From Candidatus Babeliales bacterium (GTDB lineage Bacteria; Babelota; Babeliae; Babelales; Vermiphilaceae): 64,000 bases of DNA. The position numbers were made by a program, and so were the translations under genes. Positions 62,763 to 64,000 of the stretch are shown here, piece by piece; position 1 is the stretch's first letter, and the number at the start of each line of letters is the position of its first letter. Below the pieces are notes generated by a model. The model was not told the DNA's origin. It searched no databases and saw nothing but the letters and a program-made list of their open reading frames with translations. The stretch lies in assembly GCA_963743635.1 (NCBI GenBank), contig CAVUQO010000003.1:64001-128000 (forward strand), given 5' to 3'.

Positions 62763-64000
62763 ATGTTATCTTCTTTGGTTCATTATTTTTACCCAGATCT
62801 CAATAAAGATGAGATCAAAAAATTTAGTTATTTATCACTGACGTTCTTTTTGATTATCGGTAGCTATTGGCTCGTCCGGTTATTAAAAAATACGCTATTT
62901 TTAAAAATCGCTTTTCCTGAAGCACTTGGTTGGCTTCCTCATCAAGGTCTACTCTTCCAGCCGATTGCGAAATTCTATTCACCATTCATAGTCTTTACTT
63001 TGGTTATGGTCTATTCAAAGCTGGTCGATATGTTCAAAAAACATGTCCTTTTCTATATCATCTGTACCTTCTATGCAATTGTGTTTGGCGGCATTACCGT
63101 CATGCTTGTGTTGCGTAGCCAATATGGAGATTTATATTTAGGTAAAAATCTTTTAGCAATAGTCGGATGGGCATCCTACTTTGCTATAGAAAGTTTTGGC
63201 TCGCTTATCACTGCATTATTTTGGTCCTTCACCAATAGTATCTGTACCTCAGAATCAGCTAAAAGTGGTTACCCTATGATTCTTGCATGTGCGCAGATTG
63301 GCGCTATTGGAGGATCGATATTAATGATCTTCTCAAGCCATTTCGGATTATCCCTACTTTTTGGATTCGCAGCTTTTTTTGTTGCTGCAGTCATGCCCGT
63401 TATTCACAAGCTTATGAAAGCGGTTCCTGAATCACAAATGGTGGGTAATAAGCAAGCAGCAGCTACCGAAAAGCAAAAAGAAGGATTTATTGAAGGTTTT
63501 CTATCGGGTATAAAGCTGATTGTTACGCGACCATATATTTTTGGGATATTAATTGTCTCTACCCTTTATGAAGTCATCAATACTATTATCGAGTATCAAA
63601 TGAACACGCAAGCGAGTATGGTTTATACAACTGATATAGAATTTGCACGGTTTTCGGGTATTTATGGTACTGCAGTTAATAGCCTTGCTTTTTTGTTGGC
63701 ATTACTCGGTACGAGTTATCTCATTAAGCGCTTCGGATTGCGTTTTGGGCTCTTTATCTTCCCTGTTTCATTGTGTATTGCCTTTGCAATGTTATTTGGT
63801 TTTTATACACTCGGCGCTCCTTCAGCAGGGCATCTCCTTGCAGCAACGTTTGTGGTCATGATGATTGCAAAAGGACTCGGATATGCAGTTAATAATCCGG
63901 TCAAAGAAATGATGTATATTCCAACGAGCAAAGATGCAAAATTCAAATCAAAAGGATTCATCGATGTATTTGGCGGACGCATGTCCAAGCTTGGCGGCGC
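62763..64000 (+). CDS. NTT/TLC-family nucleotide (ATP/ADP) transporter; runs off the window and is absent from the ORF track
   Basis: Hand translation: MLSSLVHYFYPDLNKDEIKKF...YSKLVD...ALFWSFTN...NNPVKEMMYIPTSKDAKFKSKGFIDVFGGRMSKLGG; SD AAAGGA. Confidence 0.9.
   Translation, partial: MLSSLVHYFYPDLNKDEIKKFSYLSLTFFLIIGSYWLVRLLKNTLFLKIAFPEALGWLPHQGLLFQPIAKFYSPFIVFTLVMVYSKLVDMFKKHVLFYIICTFYAIVFGGITVMLVLRSQYGDLYLGKNLLAIVGWASYFAIESFGSLITALFWSFTNSICTSESAKSGYPMILACAQIGAIGGSILMIFSSHFGLSLLFGFAAFFVAAVMPVIHKLMKAVPESQMVGNKQAAATEKQKEGFIEGFLSGIKLIVTRPYIFGILIVSTLYEVINTIIEYQMNTQASMVYTTDIEFARFSGIYGTAVNSLAFLLALLGTSYLIKRFGLRFGLFIFPVSLCIAFAMLFGFYTLGAPSAGHLLAATFVVMMIAKGLGYAVNNPVKEMMYIPTSKDAKFKSKGFIDVFGGRMSKLGG

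Noticed and set aside
62930..63988. Short ORFs listed at the window end
   Set aside because: Shadows of the NTT gene starting at 62763.

Overview
A 64-kb bacterial chromosome segment, most likely from a protist-associated intracellular bacterium such as Candidatus Dependentiae/Babelota (TM6). This assignment is inferred from an NTT/TLC nucleotide transporter, a T2SS-like locus, scattered housekeeping genes and many orphan secreted proteins. Housekeeping content: a T2SS/T4P-like operon with two secretins, eno, aspS, an outer-membrane beta-barrel, nfo, nusA-infB, a probable oriC (16.56-16.9 kb), clostripain, comEC, two M16 peptidases, ldh, mutY, an aromatic amino-acid-type ABC transporter, photolyase, gatB, RNase G, an OmpA/Pal lipoprotein, a GT28 glycosyltransferase, mnmE, jag, tRNA-Gly(GCC), ruvA, an AGCS symporter, ybeY and valS. 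Signals the ORF track misses: (1) twin genes for an identical 24-aa Lys-rich peptide that differ only at synonymous sites; (2) nine unrelated secreted orphan proteins whose predicted mature chain starts with Met, several in a cassette-like array with shared promoter, signal peptide and terminator; (3) a Tyr/Phe leader-peptide attenuator; (4) 11-bp-phased, inverted TTATCCACC DnaA-box arrays; (5) a ~430-nt structured leader before the NTT gene; (6) two families of modular palindromic REP/REPIN-like repeats. Several genes carry indels (eno, aspS, phr, 30.2 kb, 52-54.5 kb) that are most likely sequencing errors.
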